Assembly: GCA_963734545.1 (NCBI GenBank)
Contig: CAVTHO010000008.1
Coordinates: 32,001 to 96,000, forward strand
Reading direction: 5' to 3'
DNA: 64,000 nt
Origin: an uncultured Spirochaetota bacterium
GTDB taxonomy: Bacteria; Spirochaetota; Spirochaetia; SZUA-6; Fen-1364
Shown: in pieces, positions 10,439 to 25,574 of the stretch
Layout of the letters: every line of letters begins with the position of its first letter
How positions within the stretch are numbered: the first letter of the stretch is position 1
Program-made: the position numbers and the translations under genes
The notes under the pieces: generated by a model
Database searches by the model: none
What the model was told of the DNA's origin: nothing
The model's input: the letters and a program-made list of their open reading frames with translations, nothing else

Positions 10439-10465
10439 CGTCGTTGCTTGTTGGCAAATAAAAAA

Positions 10466-10580
<115 letters not shown>

Positions 10581-10748
10581 AATATTATGCGCTAGGGAAT
10601 GAACGTGCTCTCGGCGTTTCTGACGAAACGCCTGCCGCACGAATGTCACGGAATACCGTGACCGCGGTGAACGAATCAGTCCGTACGGCCTTGCGGCCGC
10701 GCGTCTTTCTTTATTGGGCTTGCACCCTTTGAGAGCGATGAAAAATAT

Positions 10749-13755
<3,007 letters not shown>

Positions 13756-13929
13756 ATATTTTCCATCGTTCCCTTGCTTAGCACGTAATCCACGCCAGGT
13801 AATGACGTCGATCACGTCTCTTCTCCGCGGCTTCGCCTCTCAGGCCAGCTCCACCACGGACTCTCTTCACGCAACGCACGCCTGGTGCCATCCAGCGCAC
13901 GTTCGCGTATTCGTTCACCCTTCCCTAGA

Positions 13930-13941
13930 TTGTCAAAGAAC
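13930..13941 (-). promoter_or_regulatory. rrn boxA-like antitermination site in the ITS
   Basis: GTTCTTTGACAA on the minus strand; a similar GATCTTTGACAG occurs in the 16S leader (~16017-16028), each followed by a GGGAAGGG tract. Confidence 0.55.
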
Positions 13942-14008
13942 AGCCACAGCACGCGTATCTTGCCGATGTGATTTCTGCCGCGGTTCCCGCGGCGACATCG
14001 CGCCGCTC

Positions 14009-14084
14009 TGGTGGAGGTATGGGGACTTGAACCCCAGACCTATGGCTTGCAAAGCCACCGCTCTAGCCACTGAGCTATACCCCC
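14009..14084 (-). tRNA. tRNA-Ala(TGC) in the 16S-23S spacer
   Basis: GGGGGTATAGCTCAGTGGCTAGAGCGGTGGCTTTGCAAGCCATAGGTCTGGGGTTCAAGTCCCCATACCTCCACCA: cloverleaf, anticodon TGC, G3-U70, encoded CCA. Confidence 0.97.
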
Positions 14085-14310
14085 AGGCTTGGCCGCCGCA
14101 CCATCGCGCAACACTCCCGTCAGCATGGCTCGGCGGGTTTGTGCTGTGTACGGGATGCGGCATATATACAGAAAAGGGAGGAGAGTTTGAGAGAGAGCGA
14201 GCTATTCCGCGCTCGCTCTCGCCGTCCTGCTCTTCCACGCTTTCGCGTGGACTTGCGCAGGCCGGCTGCCGCTCGCACGGATTCGCGCCTCTGTATACAG
14301 AGGCGCTACT

Positions 14311-15864
<1,554 letters not shown>

Positions 15865-16147
15865 TAGAACCTGTCCTTGCGGACAGGTTTTATACTTCGT
15901 TACACGCGCTTCCGACGCCTCGCTGACTTTGCGACGCCGTATAGCGCGTTTTCGCCCCAGACGCAGTTACCCGCGCCCGTGACGGACCCGCTCACCTCAT
16001 TCTCCCCTTCCCTTCACTGTCAAAGATCACGGCCGTGGCTTCACACGGCTCGGCCCCAGAGACGGTACTCCCCCCCTCGGATTTTTTGGTCTGAGGAGAG
16101 AATGCCGCGGATCACCGCGGCCGAAGTACTACCCTGGAGGCTTTCTT

Positions 16148-16177
16148 AATATAACTTCAGCCCAACAGTCATGTCAA
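16148..16177 (-). promoter_or_regulatory. Putative rRNA operon promoter
   Basis: TTGACA-18 nt-TATATT on the minus strand; the -35 overlaps the pgsA stop codon. Confidence 0.55.
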
Positions 16178-16749
16178 CTAGGTTTTCGAAAATTCTTCAT
16201 GAAGAATGCTGCATAATCGGCCAAAGACCACAGCGCCACCAGCGCGGCCAGAACGAAAAGCACGAATGCGATTCCCTGAATGATGGGCATGTAGTCCAGG
16301 AAAAGACCGAGTTTCCTCACTGAAAACACGGCAATACCGACACCGCCCGCGAACGCATAGATCCATGCCTTGAGCTTCCCGCTTGTGCGGGCGGGCATCA
16401 AAACCTGCGATTTTGAAACCATCACTCTGATATAGGCTACTGCAACATCGCGGTAGATGAGAATGAGCAGTATCCACAGAGGAAGAATCCCTGTTCCAGC
16501 AAAGGCGACGAAATAGGTGAGCCTGCTCAAAGAGTCGGCAAATGGATCGAGAATCTTGCCAATGTCGGATTCCTGTTTCCAAATCCGGGCAAAATGGCCA
16601 TCCAGCAGGTCCGAAACCTCGATAAGGAGGAAAGTGGCCCAGACCGGTACGAGAAGAGCTGTCCCGTAAGCTTCGGCCAGCTCGTAAAGCAGGAAAAAAA
16701 GGGGCGCAATGGCGATTCTGCCCCACGTAAGAATCATGGGCAAAGTCAT
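16174..16749 (-). CDS. pgsA: CDP-diacylglycerol--glycerol-3-phosphate 3-phosphatidyltransferase
   Basis: MTLPMILTWGRI N-terminus and SDLLDGHFAR...GKILDPFADS CDP-alcohol phosphotransferase motif; hydrophobic. Confidence 0.8.
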   Translation of the reverse strand: MTLPMILTWGRIAIAPLFFLLYELAEAYGTALLVPVWATFLLIEVSDLLDGHFARIWKQESDIGKILDPFADSLSRLTYFVAFAGTGILPLWILLILIYRDVAVAYIRVMVSKSQVLMPARTSGKLKAWIYAFAGGVGIAVFSVRKLGLFLDYMPIIQGIAFVLFVLAALVALWSLADYAAFFMKNFRKPS

Positions 16750-16997
16750 GGGTGCATCTTAGTGTTCAGGTGGATTTCGTCAACGTCTGATTCTCCGGTG
16801 ACGCTGTCTGCATTGTGAAAATGCAGAATTTAGAAGCGCCCCTTCTAAATTCATCGAAAAGCTCAATGGGACGCGCATACTCCTGGCAAAACCTCAGACG
16901 CGCGAGTCGCGCTGGCCACCTCGGTCTTCGGCGGGCCGCGCAGCGGCGTTCGACTCCCTCTCCCTTGACAGGGGCATGCCGGTAGCCTAGATTCCCC

Positions 16998-17822
16998 GTG
17001 ATGCCAGCCAAGGGAACCCTCGAGAGAAGCATTATTCTGCATGGCGTACTCTTTTTCCTCGCCCAGGGTGTGATCCTGCTCGCAGTCCCCCTGGCCTATC
17101 GGATGGGGTGGCAGCGGCCCGCCCTGTTCCTGGCGATATCCGCGGCGTACCACGCACTTTTTACCTCATTGTTGCTCCATCGCAAGGCGGATTTTCATGT
17201 CGACGGGACCCCTACCCCGCTTGCGCGGGTGAATCTCTCGAATACCCTCACTTTCGGGCGTCTCAGCGCCATACCCACGGTGCTGTTCCTGATCATCCAG
17301 GCGTCCGCCTACCCCATCATGCCTGTTCTCCTGCCGCTCATGGTTCTCGTATTCGTCACCGACACGCTGGACGGAATGGTGGCCCGAAGAAGGAATGAGA
17401 TCACTTTTGTCGGCAGATACCTGGATTCCTCAAGCGACTATCTCATGATCATCACTGTGACGATCATTTTCTTCTATTATGAGCTCATTCCGCTCTGGTT
17501 TTTCATCCTTATCATGTGCCGATTCGTGTTTTTCGCGCTCGCCATGGTCGCCCTTGCGCTCCGCGAAGGAAGGCCCGACCCCCTTTCCACCTTCCTCGGC
17601 AAGGCGTCCATTTTCGCCCTCATGGTGCTCTACGTGATGGAGATCGCCGGGCTTTTCGGAGTGCCGTGGATCGGCAATGACCTGGTCATTCGGATCGTGG
17701 AGTACGCCGTTGCGCTGATCGTGGCCGTTTCCATGGTGGACAAGGCGATATTCCTGAGGCGTGCGTTCCAGAAAGCAGCGCATCGACAGGAGCGGATCCC
17801 GCCCGCCAGCGGGTCAGCCTGA
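16998..17822 (+). CDS. CDP-alcohol phosphatidyltransferase family protein with N-terminal TM extension
   Basis: NLSNTLTFGRL and TDTLDGMVARRRNEITFVGRYLDSSSD motif; multiple TM helices. Confidence 0.85.
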   Translation: MMPAKGTLERSIILHGVLFFLAQGVILLAVPLAYRMGWQRPALFLAISAAYHALFTSLLLHRKADFHVDGTPTPLARVNLSNTLTFGRLSAIPTVLFLIIQASAYPIMPVLLPLMVLVFVTDTLDGMVARRRNEITFVGRYLDSSSDYLMIITVTIIFFYYELIPLWFFILIMCRFVFFALAMVALALREGRPDPLSTFLGKASIFALMVLYVMEIAGLFGVPWIGNDLVIRIVEYAVALIVAVSMVDKAIFLRRAFQKAAHRQERIPPASGSA

Positions 17823-18623
17823 TTTCGGCACGATCTGAACTCCCCCATCGTTCTGCACCCTGATGCCATAGGTGGCGAACTCCGCCGCTCTCTTGCTGGA
17901 CATCTCGATCTGAGCTGTCTTCACGCCGGGGATCCGTGTTTCGTTCTTTTCGAAAAAAGCCCAGAGCTCTTCGGACACGCCCAGGGGCCGCGGGAACCGG
18001 TAGGCCGACTTGACCTGCAGGAGCTGCTCGTCGAAAGTGTTGATCCCCTCGAACCGATACCAGGTCCGCGCGCCCAGGAAAACGAGGAGGTCATCGAAAA
18101 TCACGACCTTGACGATGGGAGCGAAACGGACGCCATCCATGGTCAGGAGGACCGGCTCCTGGCCCCGCGGGGCGACCTCCAGCCTCATCGAGGAGGCCGA
18201 CACGCTGATCACCCGCACGCTGGCGATCTCGGTCTCCCCGGTAAAGGCGCGGATGCTCTGAAAGAAGAGGCTGAACAGGATGACCGATGCAATGAGGAGC
18301 ACCATGACGGGAATCCCGAGGGCCTTTTTGAAACGCAGGGCGCAAAAGGCGACTACCGCCGCGACAAGGGCAGCCCATGCAAGACGGATATCGACGACCT
18401 TGGACGGCCCGGGGATGAATACTCCGAGCAGGGCCAGGACAATGGCGATGGAGAAAAGCACGCAGGCGACAACCCACTTCCGCGTGCGCGCCCGGTCAGG
18501 ATCCCGGCGATGTTTCGTGCGCATCGAGGCGCGCGCAACCGCCGCCCCGACGAACACTCCTGCGAGGATCGCCCATGGAAGCGGGCTGGAAGCCACGGTG
18601 CGGAGTATCGACAAGGCATTCAT
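17814..18623 (-). CDS. Hypothetical membrane protein (about 4 N-terminal TM helices plus a soluble domain)
   Basis: 269-aa clean ORF starting 18 nt downstream of the kinase gene. Confidence 0.75.
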   Translation of the reverse strand: MNALSILRTVASSPLPWAILAGVFVGAAVARASMRTKHRRDPDRARTRKWVVACVLFSIAIVLALLGVFIPGPSKVVDIRLAWAALVAAVVAFCALRFKKALGIPVMVLLIASVILFSLFFQSIRAFTGETEIASVRVISVSASSMRLEVAPRGQEPVLLTMDGVRFAPIVKVVIFDDLLVFLGARTWYRFEGINTFDEQLLQVKSAYRFPRPLGVSEELWAFFEKNETRIPGVKTAQIEMSSKRAAEFATYGIRVQNDGGVQIVPKSG

Positions 18624-18641
18624 GGGTCCCTCCCCGGGTTC

Positions 18642-19976
18642 TCAATGGTACGTATATGCGCTCCCGCCGATGAACTCACGGAGGAGCGAGCGGCTGGGAA
18701 CGACGCTTTCGTCCTCGGCTGCCGGCACCTGGTCGAGCAGCGACTTCACCCTGACCGCTCTCTCGTGCGCGTCCTGCGTGTCTGGATCCGCCGCGAACTG
18801 CTCGATGAGCGGCGCAAGGTGCCGTTCCACCCTTCCCTTCATGATGGGAAGCTCATAGGATAAAAAGCTGTTCACGAGGGCGTGCGCCCTGCGCAGCTCC
18901 GGCACGATGTAGCGGAGCTCGGCCCGGCGCACCAGGTGCCAGTGCCGGATCGTGGCCCGCGGGGAATAGTTCCTGAACTGCATGTCGCGCACGATCCGGC
19001 GCAGCATGCGGATGTCCGCCCAGCGGATGTAGCGACCGTCCGCGGCCTTGATCTGGGACAGGGTTTCCACGTAGAGCCGAAACTTCATGTCCTCGGGCAC
19101 GCTGCGGGTCATCTCGGGGAACAACCCGTGCAGGGAGTCGATGAGCAGGACCTGGTCCGGCGCCAGACGGATCGTGCCGGAGTCCCCTGTCCGCCTGCCT
19201 GTCTTGAAGTCGTAGCGGGGCACGACGACGCTGGCGCCGCCGACCAGCGCCTGGAGGTGCTGGTCGAGGAGAGCCAGATCGAGGGCCTGCGGCGTCTCGA
19301 AGTCATAGTCATCGTCGCCGATCTTCGGGTGCACGTCGAGGTCGTAGAAGTAGTTGTCCACCGTGAGCGGGACGGTCGTGATCCCCGCCGCCGCGAGTTT
19401 CTCTTTCACCTTGATCGTGGTAGTCGATTTTCCGGATGAAGAGGGCCCGGCGATGATGACGATCTTCAGCTCATCCCGTCGGGAGAGTATCTTCTCCGCC
19501 GCTGCGTCCAGCTCGGCCTCATAGAAATCATCTGCCGCCGCAATGAGATCCCTGTACTTCCCCGAGGCCATCTGCCGGGCGAGCTGGGCAAGGGTGACGC
19601 AGGCGTGATCCGTGGCCCATGAGAGCGCCTCCCACAGCTTGCGGTAGGGGATGTTCTCCTCCGAGTAGGTGAGACTGGCCTTTCCCTCGCGCTTGAGGGC
19701 GTGCTCGTAGCGGTACACGATGTAGGCCTTTGCCACACGCGCGTGGCCGCGCTCGATCAGGGCCTTCTCCACGAGATCCTGGATCTCTTCCACCGTCGGC
19801 CAGCTTCCGCGGCCCTGCCGTGCCTCGAGCATCGCAAGGACATCGTCCGTGACCAGCTCAGCCTCGGCTTTGTCCCTGCCCCCGCAGGCCACCGCGGCCC
19901 TGTAGACGGCAGAGGTGATCTTCTCCTTCTGGAACGGGACGGCCCTCCCGTCCCGCTTGATGATCATTTCGATCAT
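18642..19976 (-). CDS. ATP-cone + uridine/nucleoside-kinase-like P-loop protein
   Basis: N-terminal IIKRDGRAVPFQKEKI...VEEIQDLVEKALIE (ATP cone); IAGPSSSGKSTT Walker A; DNYF, YDFETPQALD and RMLRRIVRD kinase motifs. Confidence 0.88.
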   Translation of the reverse strand: MIEMIIKRDGRAVPFQKEKITSAVYRAAVACGGRDKAEAELVTDDVLAMLEARQGRGSWPTVEEIQDLVEKALIERGHARVAKAYIVYRYEHALKREGKASLTYSEENIPYRKLWEALSWATDHACVTLAQLARQMASGKYRDLIAAADDFYEAELDAAAEKILSRRDELKIVIIAGPSSSGKSTTTIKVKEKLAAAGITTVPLTVDNYFYDLDVHPKIGDDDYDFETPQALDLALLDQHLQALVGGASVVVPRYDFKTGRRTGDSGTIRLAPDQVLLIDSLHGLFPEMTRSVPEDMKFRLYVETLSQIKAADGRYIRWADIRMLRRIVRDMQFRNYSPRATIRHWHLVRRAELRYIVPELRRAHALVNSFLSYELPIMKGRVERHLAPLIEQFAADPDTQDAHERAVRVKSLLDQVPAAEDESVVPSRSLLREFIGGSAYTYH

Positions 19977-19978
19977 GT

Positions 19979-21737
19979 TCAGTCCAGCGTCTTCGGCCTC
20001 ACCTCGACCTCGATCATCGTCAGGAACTCCTCCAGCGGAATGAGATTCTTCTGCTCACCGCTTCGGGTGCGCAGGGACACGCTCCTTCCCGTCTGCTCCT
20101 TTTCCCCCAGGATGATCATGAACGGGACCTTCTGGTTCTGCGCGTTTCGGATCTTGGCGTTCATGCGATCGTCTCCCTTGTCCAGCTCGGCCCGCACGCC
20201 GCGGCCTCGAAGCCGCCTTCACCACCTCTTCCCCGTAGGCGGTGAATGCGGTCGCTGACGGGTATGGCCACTGCCTGCACCGGGGCGAGCCACGGCGGGA
20301 ACGCCCCGCCGTAAGTGCTCGATCAGGACGCCGAAGAAACGCTCCAGGGAGCCAAGCAGCGCGCGGTGCACCATGAAGGGCCGCTTCTGCGTGTTGTCCG
20401 CGGCGACGTAGGTGAGCCCGAAACGCTCGGGCTCGTTCCAGTCGAACTGGATGGTGGTCATCTGCCACTCGCGCCCCAGGGCATCCTTGATCTTGAGGTC
20501 GATCTTGGGGCCGTAGAAGGCTCCCCCGCCCTCGTCGATCACGATGTCCAGCTTTTCGATCTCCGCGGCCCGCTTCAGCGACGGCGATCGCCTTGTCCCA
20601 CGTCGCGTCGTCGCCGATCCCGTCGGCCGGCTTGGTGGCGAGGTACGCCTTGATGTCGGTGAACCCGAACGCCTTCCAGATCTTCAGGGAGAAGCGAAGG
20701 ACTTCGAGGATCTCGTCGTCGATCTGCTCCGGGGTGCAGATGATGTGCGCGTCGTCCTGCGTGAAGCCGCGCACGCGCAGGAGACCGTGCAGGACGCCGG
20801 ACTTCTCGTAGCGGTACACGGTGCCCAGCTCGGCCCAGCGCAGCGGAAGGTCGCGGTAGGAGCGCTGCTGGTTCTTGTAGATCATGAGGTGGAACGGGCA
20901 GTTCATCGGCTTGAGGAAGTAGTCCACGTCGTCGATGGACAGCGGGCGCGTACATGTTCTGCTTGTAGAACCCGAGGTGGCCCGATGTCTCCCACAGCCA
21001 GGACTTGCCGATGTGCGGCGTGTAGAGAAGCTCGTAGCCGTTCTTCAGGTGCTCCGCGCGCCAGAAGTCCTCGATGGCCAGCCGGACGCGGGCGCCCTTG
21101 GGATGCCAGTAGATGAGACCCGCGCCCGGCTTCCTCGTGGATGGAGTACAGGTCGAGCTCCTTGCCCGAGCCTGCGGTGGTCGCGCTTCTCGATCTCCAG
21201 CAGCTTCTTCAGGTACGCCTCGAGATCCGCCTTCGACTCCCACGCGGTGCCGTAGATGCGCTGGAGCATCTTGTTCTTCTCGTCTCCGCGCCAGTACGCC
21301 CCTGCAATGGAGGTGAGCTTGAAGCGCATCGGGAGGGAGCTCACGCGTGCTGGAGACGTGCGGGCCGCGGCAGAGATCGGTGAAAGTGTCCTGCGTGTAG
21401 GTGGAGATCTCTTCGCCCTCCGGGAAGCTCGTCGATGAGCTCCAGCTTGTACGGCTGGTCCTTGAACAGCTTGCGCGCCTCCGCGCGGCTGATCACGGCC
21501 TTGCGGGTAAACGCGTGCGTCCCGGCGACGATGGCGCGCATCTTCTCCTCGATCTCCGGCCAGGTCCTCGGTGCTGCAGCGAACGCGGGAGCTCGAAATC
21601 GTAGTAGAAGCCCTCCGTCGATCGCCGGGCCGATGGCAAGCTTCGCCCCGGGGAACATCTGGAGCACCGCTTCCGCCATGACGTGCGAGAAGGAGTGCCG
21701 GATTTCCAGCAGCCCGGGATTCTCGTGCATCTTCCAT
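19979..21737 (-). CDS. thrS: Threonyl-tRNA synthetase (multiple apparent sequencing frameshifts)
   Basis: Fragments in different frames: [99 protein letters not shown]. Confidence 0.95.
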
Positions 21738-21754
21738 CTCTGTCCTCCATACGA

Positions 21755-22112
21755 CAAAGCCCCTTTCGGCGCTTCGTCCCAGTATTGGACGCGGCAATAC
21801 GCCGCGCTTCCAAGGACGAAAAGCCGAAAGGGGCTCTCCGCGGTTCCACCTTGATTCGCCTCCCTTGCGCGGTACTCCGCGTGTTTCGCGGTATTCCGTG
21901 CAGCTACGGGACGCGCTCTCTCCGTGCTCTCTTACGTGGAGCCGCCGTCGGCGCCTACTCGAACGACGCACGGAGCGCCGTCTTTCGGGCCGCGGCTCGG
22001 GAGTGGTTTTCAGCGATTCGCGGTCCGCGCGCCTTTCACTCCGCGGCCCGTGCATCCGGGGCGCTCTCTCTGTTGACCGGAGCTTTCGCCTACTCTTCTC
22101 CGTCGCAGCCTT
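21755..22112 (-). ncRNA. T-box riboswitch leader (Thr specifier)
   Basis: T-box core AATCAAGGTGGAACCGCGG (21839-21856); Stem I with AGAGA box and specifier loop GAAAACCACTC (ACC = Thr at 22005-22007); downstream GCCCCTTTCGGC/GCCGAAAGGGGC hairpin; directly upstream of thrS. Confidence 0.85.
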
Positions 22113-22200
22113 TCTGAAAGTATCAGGACAAACTGCATCGCCTGTCAAGGCTGAGATCGACCGAAAGATTGACATCGTTCCGGCGGGGGGGCTACATTGA

Positions 22201-23493
22201 ATGGTAGAAATGAAGCGCATCGACATCTACACGATCGACATCGGCGGAGGGCATATCGCCCCCGCCGTGGCGCTGAAGGAGCAGTTCGACATCCTGGGCT
22301 ACAAGGACCTCGATGTCCGTGTCGTGAATCTGGGCATCGCCCTGGGGGCAAGCTTCCTCCGATACCTCTACAAGTTCTACTGGAACAAGGCGCTTCGCTA
22401 CCCGCCGCTCATCAACGCGTTCTACCGCGGCGCGGACAACCCCTTCATGATCAAGATCATCGACAGAATCCTCGGCATCACGATCCTGCCGAAATTCGTC
22501 CGCTACCTGGAGCGGGAGAAGTCCCGACCTCGTCGTGTCCACGTACTTCACTTTCACGCACTACCTGGAGCTGCTGAAGCGGTCGGCCAGCTCGATGCGG
22601 TCTCCGTCGTGCTCAATCCCGAGCCCTTCGACTCGCACTATATCTGGTTCTCCCCCGTCTTCGACTGGAGCATGGTTTTCTCCCGCAAAGTCCCGTGACG
22701 AGATCATCGCAGAAGGGCATCTGGGCGCGCAAGGTGAAGGTCTTCCAGTTTCCCATCAAGCCAAGCTTCTCACCCCGCAAGGAGTCCCGCACCGTGCTTC
22801 GACGGCGGCTGGGGCTCGCGCAGAAACCGTTCACCGTGCTGTTCTTTTTCGGCGCGGAAGGTGTCGGCCCGGTCAAGAAGATCCTGGCCACTCTCATTCG
22901 AGAGGGGCCTCGCGCTCCAGGCGGTGGTCATCTGCGGCCGCAACGAAAAGCTGCAGGCATGACATCGAGACCCTGGCGCGAAGGGCCCACGGGTGCCCTG
23001 CAGATCAACGTGAAGGGCTACGTCACGAATGTCGCGGAATACATAAGCGCCGCCGATGTCGTGGTGGGCAAGTCAGGACCCAACCAGGTATTCGAGACCC
23101 TCGCTGCAGGGACGGCCCATCGTCATCTCCAGCTTCCTTGCCAATGAGAAGGAGACGACGAGCTGGGTCATCGGCAACCAGCTCGGATGGCTGACGCGCA
23201 CCCCGACGCACCTGGCGACCCTCCTGGCAAAGCTGGCGGCAAATCCGGCGATCCTGGAACGCTACCAGCAGAACATCCGCAGGTTGAACCTGCGCTCCGG
23301 AGCGCCGGAGATATGCGAGTTTCTCTACGGGCTGGTCAAGAATACCCACAGAAAGAAGAAGCAGACTGTCGGAGATGCCTTGCGCAGATTCCGAGACGCC
23401 GTGGTGGCAGAAGGAGAAGCAATCTCCCGGCGCATCGACGCCTCGGAGGGGATTCAGCGATTGAGACGCGCGACGAGCTCACACCGGGGATAG
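22201..23493 (+). CDS. GT-B glycosyltransferase, MGDG synthase/UgtP-like (frameshifted)
   Basis: [14 protein letters not shown]-terminal motif, v[26 protein letters not shown] across frames. Confidence 0.82.
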
Positions 23494-23507
23494 CCGGTCC
23501 CCGGCCC

Positions 23508-23591
23508 ATAGCCATGGACGACGTTCGCGTCGAACGGGTACTCCCGTATGGCGAGGGCGGCCGAGGCCATGGATGGCCCGACAGGCCGCCC
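23508..23591 (+). repeat. Single degenerate copy of the GGA-hairpin repeat element
   Basis: GGGCGGC-CGA-GGCCATGGATGGCC-CGACAG-GCCGCCC, preceded by TAGCCATGGA...ATGGC; same architecture as the array at 51413-51572. Confidence 0.75.
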
Positions 23592-23592
23592 C

Positions 23593-25574
23593 CTACTTCC
23601 AGTCCCGGATCCTCTTCTCCAGCGCAGCGGCAGTGATGCCGAGGTGCTCCGCGATCTTCTGGTACGGCCCTGACTCGCCGAACCTGTCGATGCCCACGAC
23701 GAGCGTGTCATCGTCAAATGGCCCCTTCCAGCCCGGGTCACGCCCGCCTCGAAGACGACCTTCTTCGCCCCCGGCGGAACGAGCGACAAGCGGAAGTCCT
23801 GGCAGGCTGCGCGGTGAAGAGCTCGCGGGAGATCATGGATACCACGCGCACCTTGCGGTCTGACAAGCGCGGCGGCTGCCTGCAGGGCGACGGAGACTTC
23901 GGAGCCGGTGGCGACGATCACGATATCCGGTGTCCCGTCGCAGTCCTTCGCGATGTACGCTCCCTGCCGGATGGTCTTCCGCCACTCGGAATCCGCCTTG
24001 GCGTAGACGACGATTCCCTGCCGCGTGAGAGCGAGCGCGGTCGGACCGTCCTTCCGCTCGAACGCCATTCGCCATGCCATCTCGGTCTCCTCGGCGTCAC
24101 CGGGGCGCAGGAGAAGGAGGTTGGGAATGGCACGCAGCGCGGCCAGGTGCTCCACCGGCTCGTGCGTGGGTCCGTCCTCTCCCACAAAGACCGAGTCGTG
24201 AGTGAAAATGTAGATCACGGGCAGCTTCGCAATCGCAGCCAGGCGGATGGACGGGCGCATGTAGTCCGAGAAGACCATGAAGGTGGCGCAGAAGGGGCGC
24301 AGCCCTCCGTGGTAAGCGATGCCGTTGCAGATGCCGCCCATGCCGTGCTCGCGGATCCCGAAGTGGAAGTTTCTCCCCTGCGGGTTCGCCTTGTTGAAAT
24401 CCCCCATGTCCTTGAGGTTGGTGTTGTTGGAGGGGGCGAGGTCCGCGGAACCGCCAATGAGGTTCGGCACGCCCTTCGCGATGGCATTCAGCACCTGGCC
24501 GCTCGCGGCCCGGGTTGGACGCTGTCGCCTGTCTTGAAAACCGGCATGGTGATTGCGGAGAGAGAGTAGCTCCCGTCGAAGAATTTCTCCCACTCCTTCG
24601 CTAGATCGGGGTTCTCTTTTTTCCATGATTCGAGCGTCTTCTTCCACTGCTCGTACCGGGTCTTCCAGCCGGGCTTGCTTGTCCTTGAAATAAGCCTCAG
24701 CCTCCGGAAAGACGTAGAACTGGCTGCCGTCCGGCACGCCGATCGCTTTTTTGGCGCCCGCCGCCTCTTCAGGCCCGAGCGGCTCACCGTGCGCCTTGGC
24801 GGTTCCCGCCCGTGTGGGGGCGCCCTTTCCGATCACGGACGTGAGCTGAATGATCGTCGGCTTGTCGGCGGACTTCTTCGCCTGCTCCACCATGGCCGCC
24901 ATCCCCTCGATGTCGTACATGCTGCCCGACAGGGTGTGCCAGCCGTACCCCTCGTAGCGCTTGAGCACGTTTTCCGAGAAGGCAAGCGCGGTCGAGCCCT
25001 CGATGGTGATGCTGTTGGAATCGTAGAAGACGATCAGCTTGCCCAGTCCCAGGTGGCCGGCCAGAGACGCGGCCTCCGACGCCACTCCTTCCATCATGTC
25101 CCCGTCGCTCGCCAGGACGTAGGTGAAATGGTCGATCACGGCGCGCGTCGGCGTATTGAACCTCGAGGCGAGCATGCGCTCGGCAATCGCCATGCCCACC
25201 GCATTGGAGAGGCCCTGTCCGAGCGGGCCGCCGGTTGCTTCGACGCCCGGTGTCATGCCCCACTCGGGATGCCCCGGAGTGCGGGAGCCGAGCTGGCGGA
25301 AGCTCTTGATGTCATCGAGGCTCAGGTCGTATCCGGAGAGGTGGAGGAGCGAGTACAGAAGCATGCAGCCGTGTCCTGCCGAGAGCACGAACCTGTCCCT
25401 GTTTATCCAAAGGGGGTCTGCCGGCCAGTGGTTGAGCAGCTCGCCATAGACGAGCGCGCCCAGCTCCGCGCATCCCATGGGAAGGCCCGGATGGCCGGAC
25501 TTGGCTTTTTCTACGGCGTCGATTGCCAGGGAACGTACGCTGTTGGCAACAGCGGAAAGCGCGCTCAGATTCAT
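23593..25574 (-). CDS. tkt: Transketolase (frameshifted)
   Basis: [76 protein letters not shown]. Confidence 0.96.

Noticed and set aside
16930-16965. GTTCGACTCC T-loop-like motif suggesting a tRNA or tRNA remnant
   Set aside because: The flanks do not form a T-stem, and there is no acceptor stem or anticodon arm.
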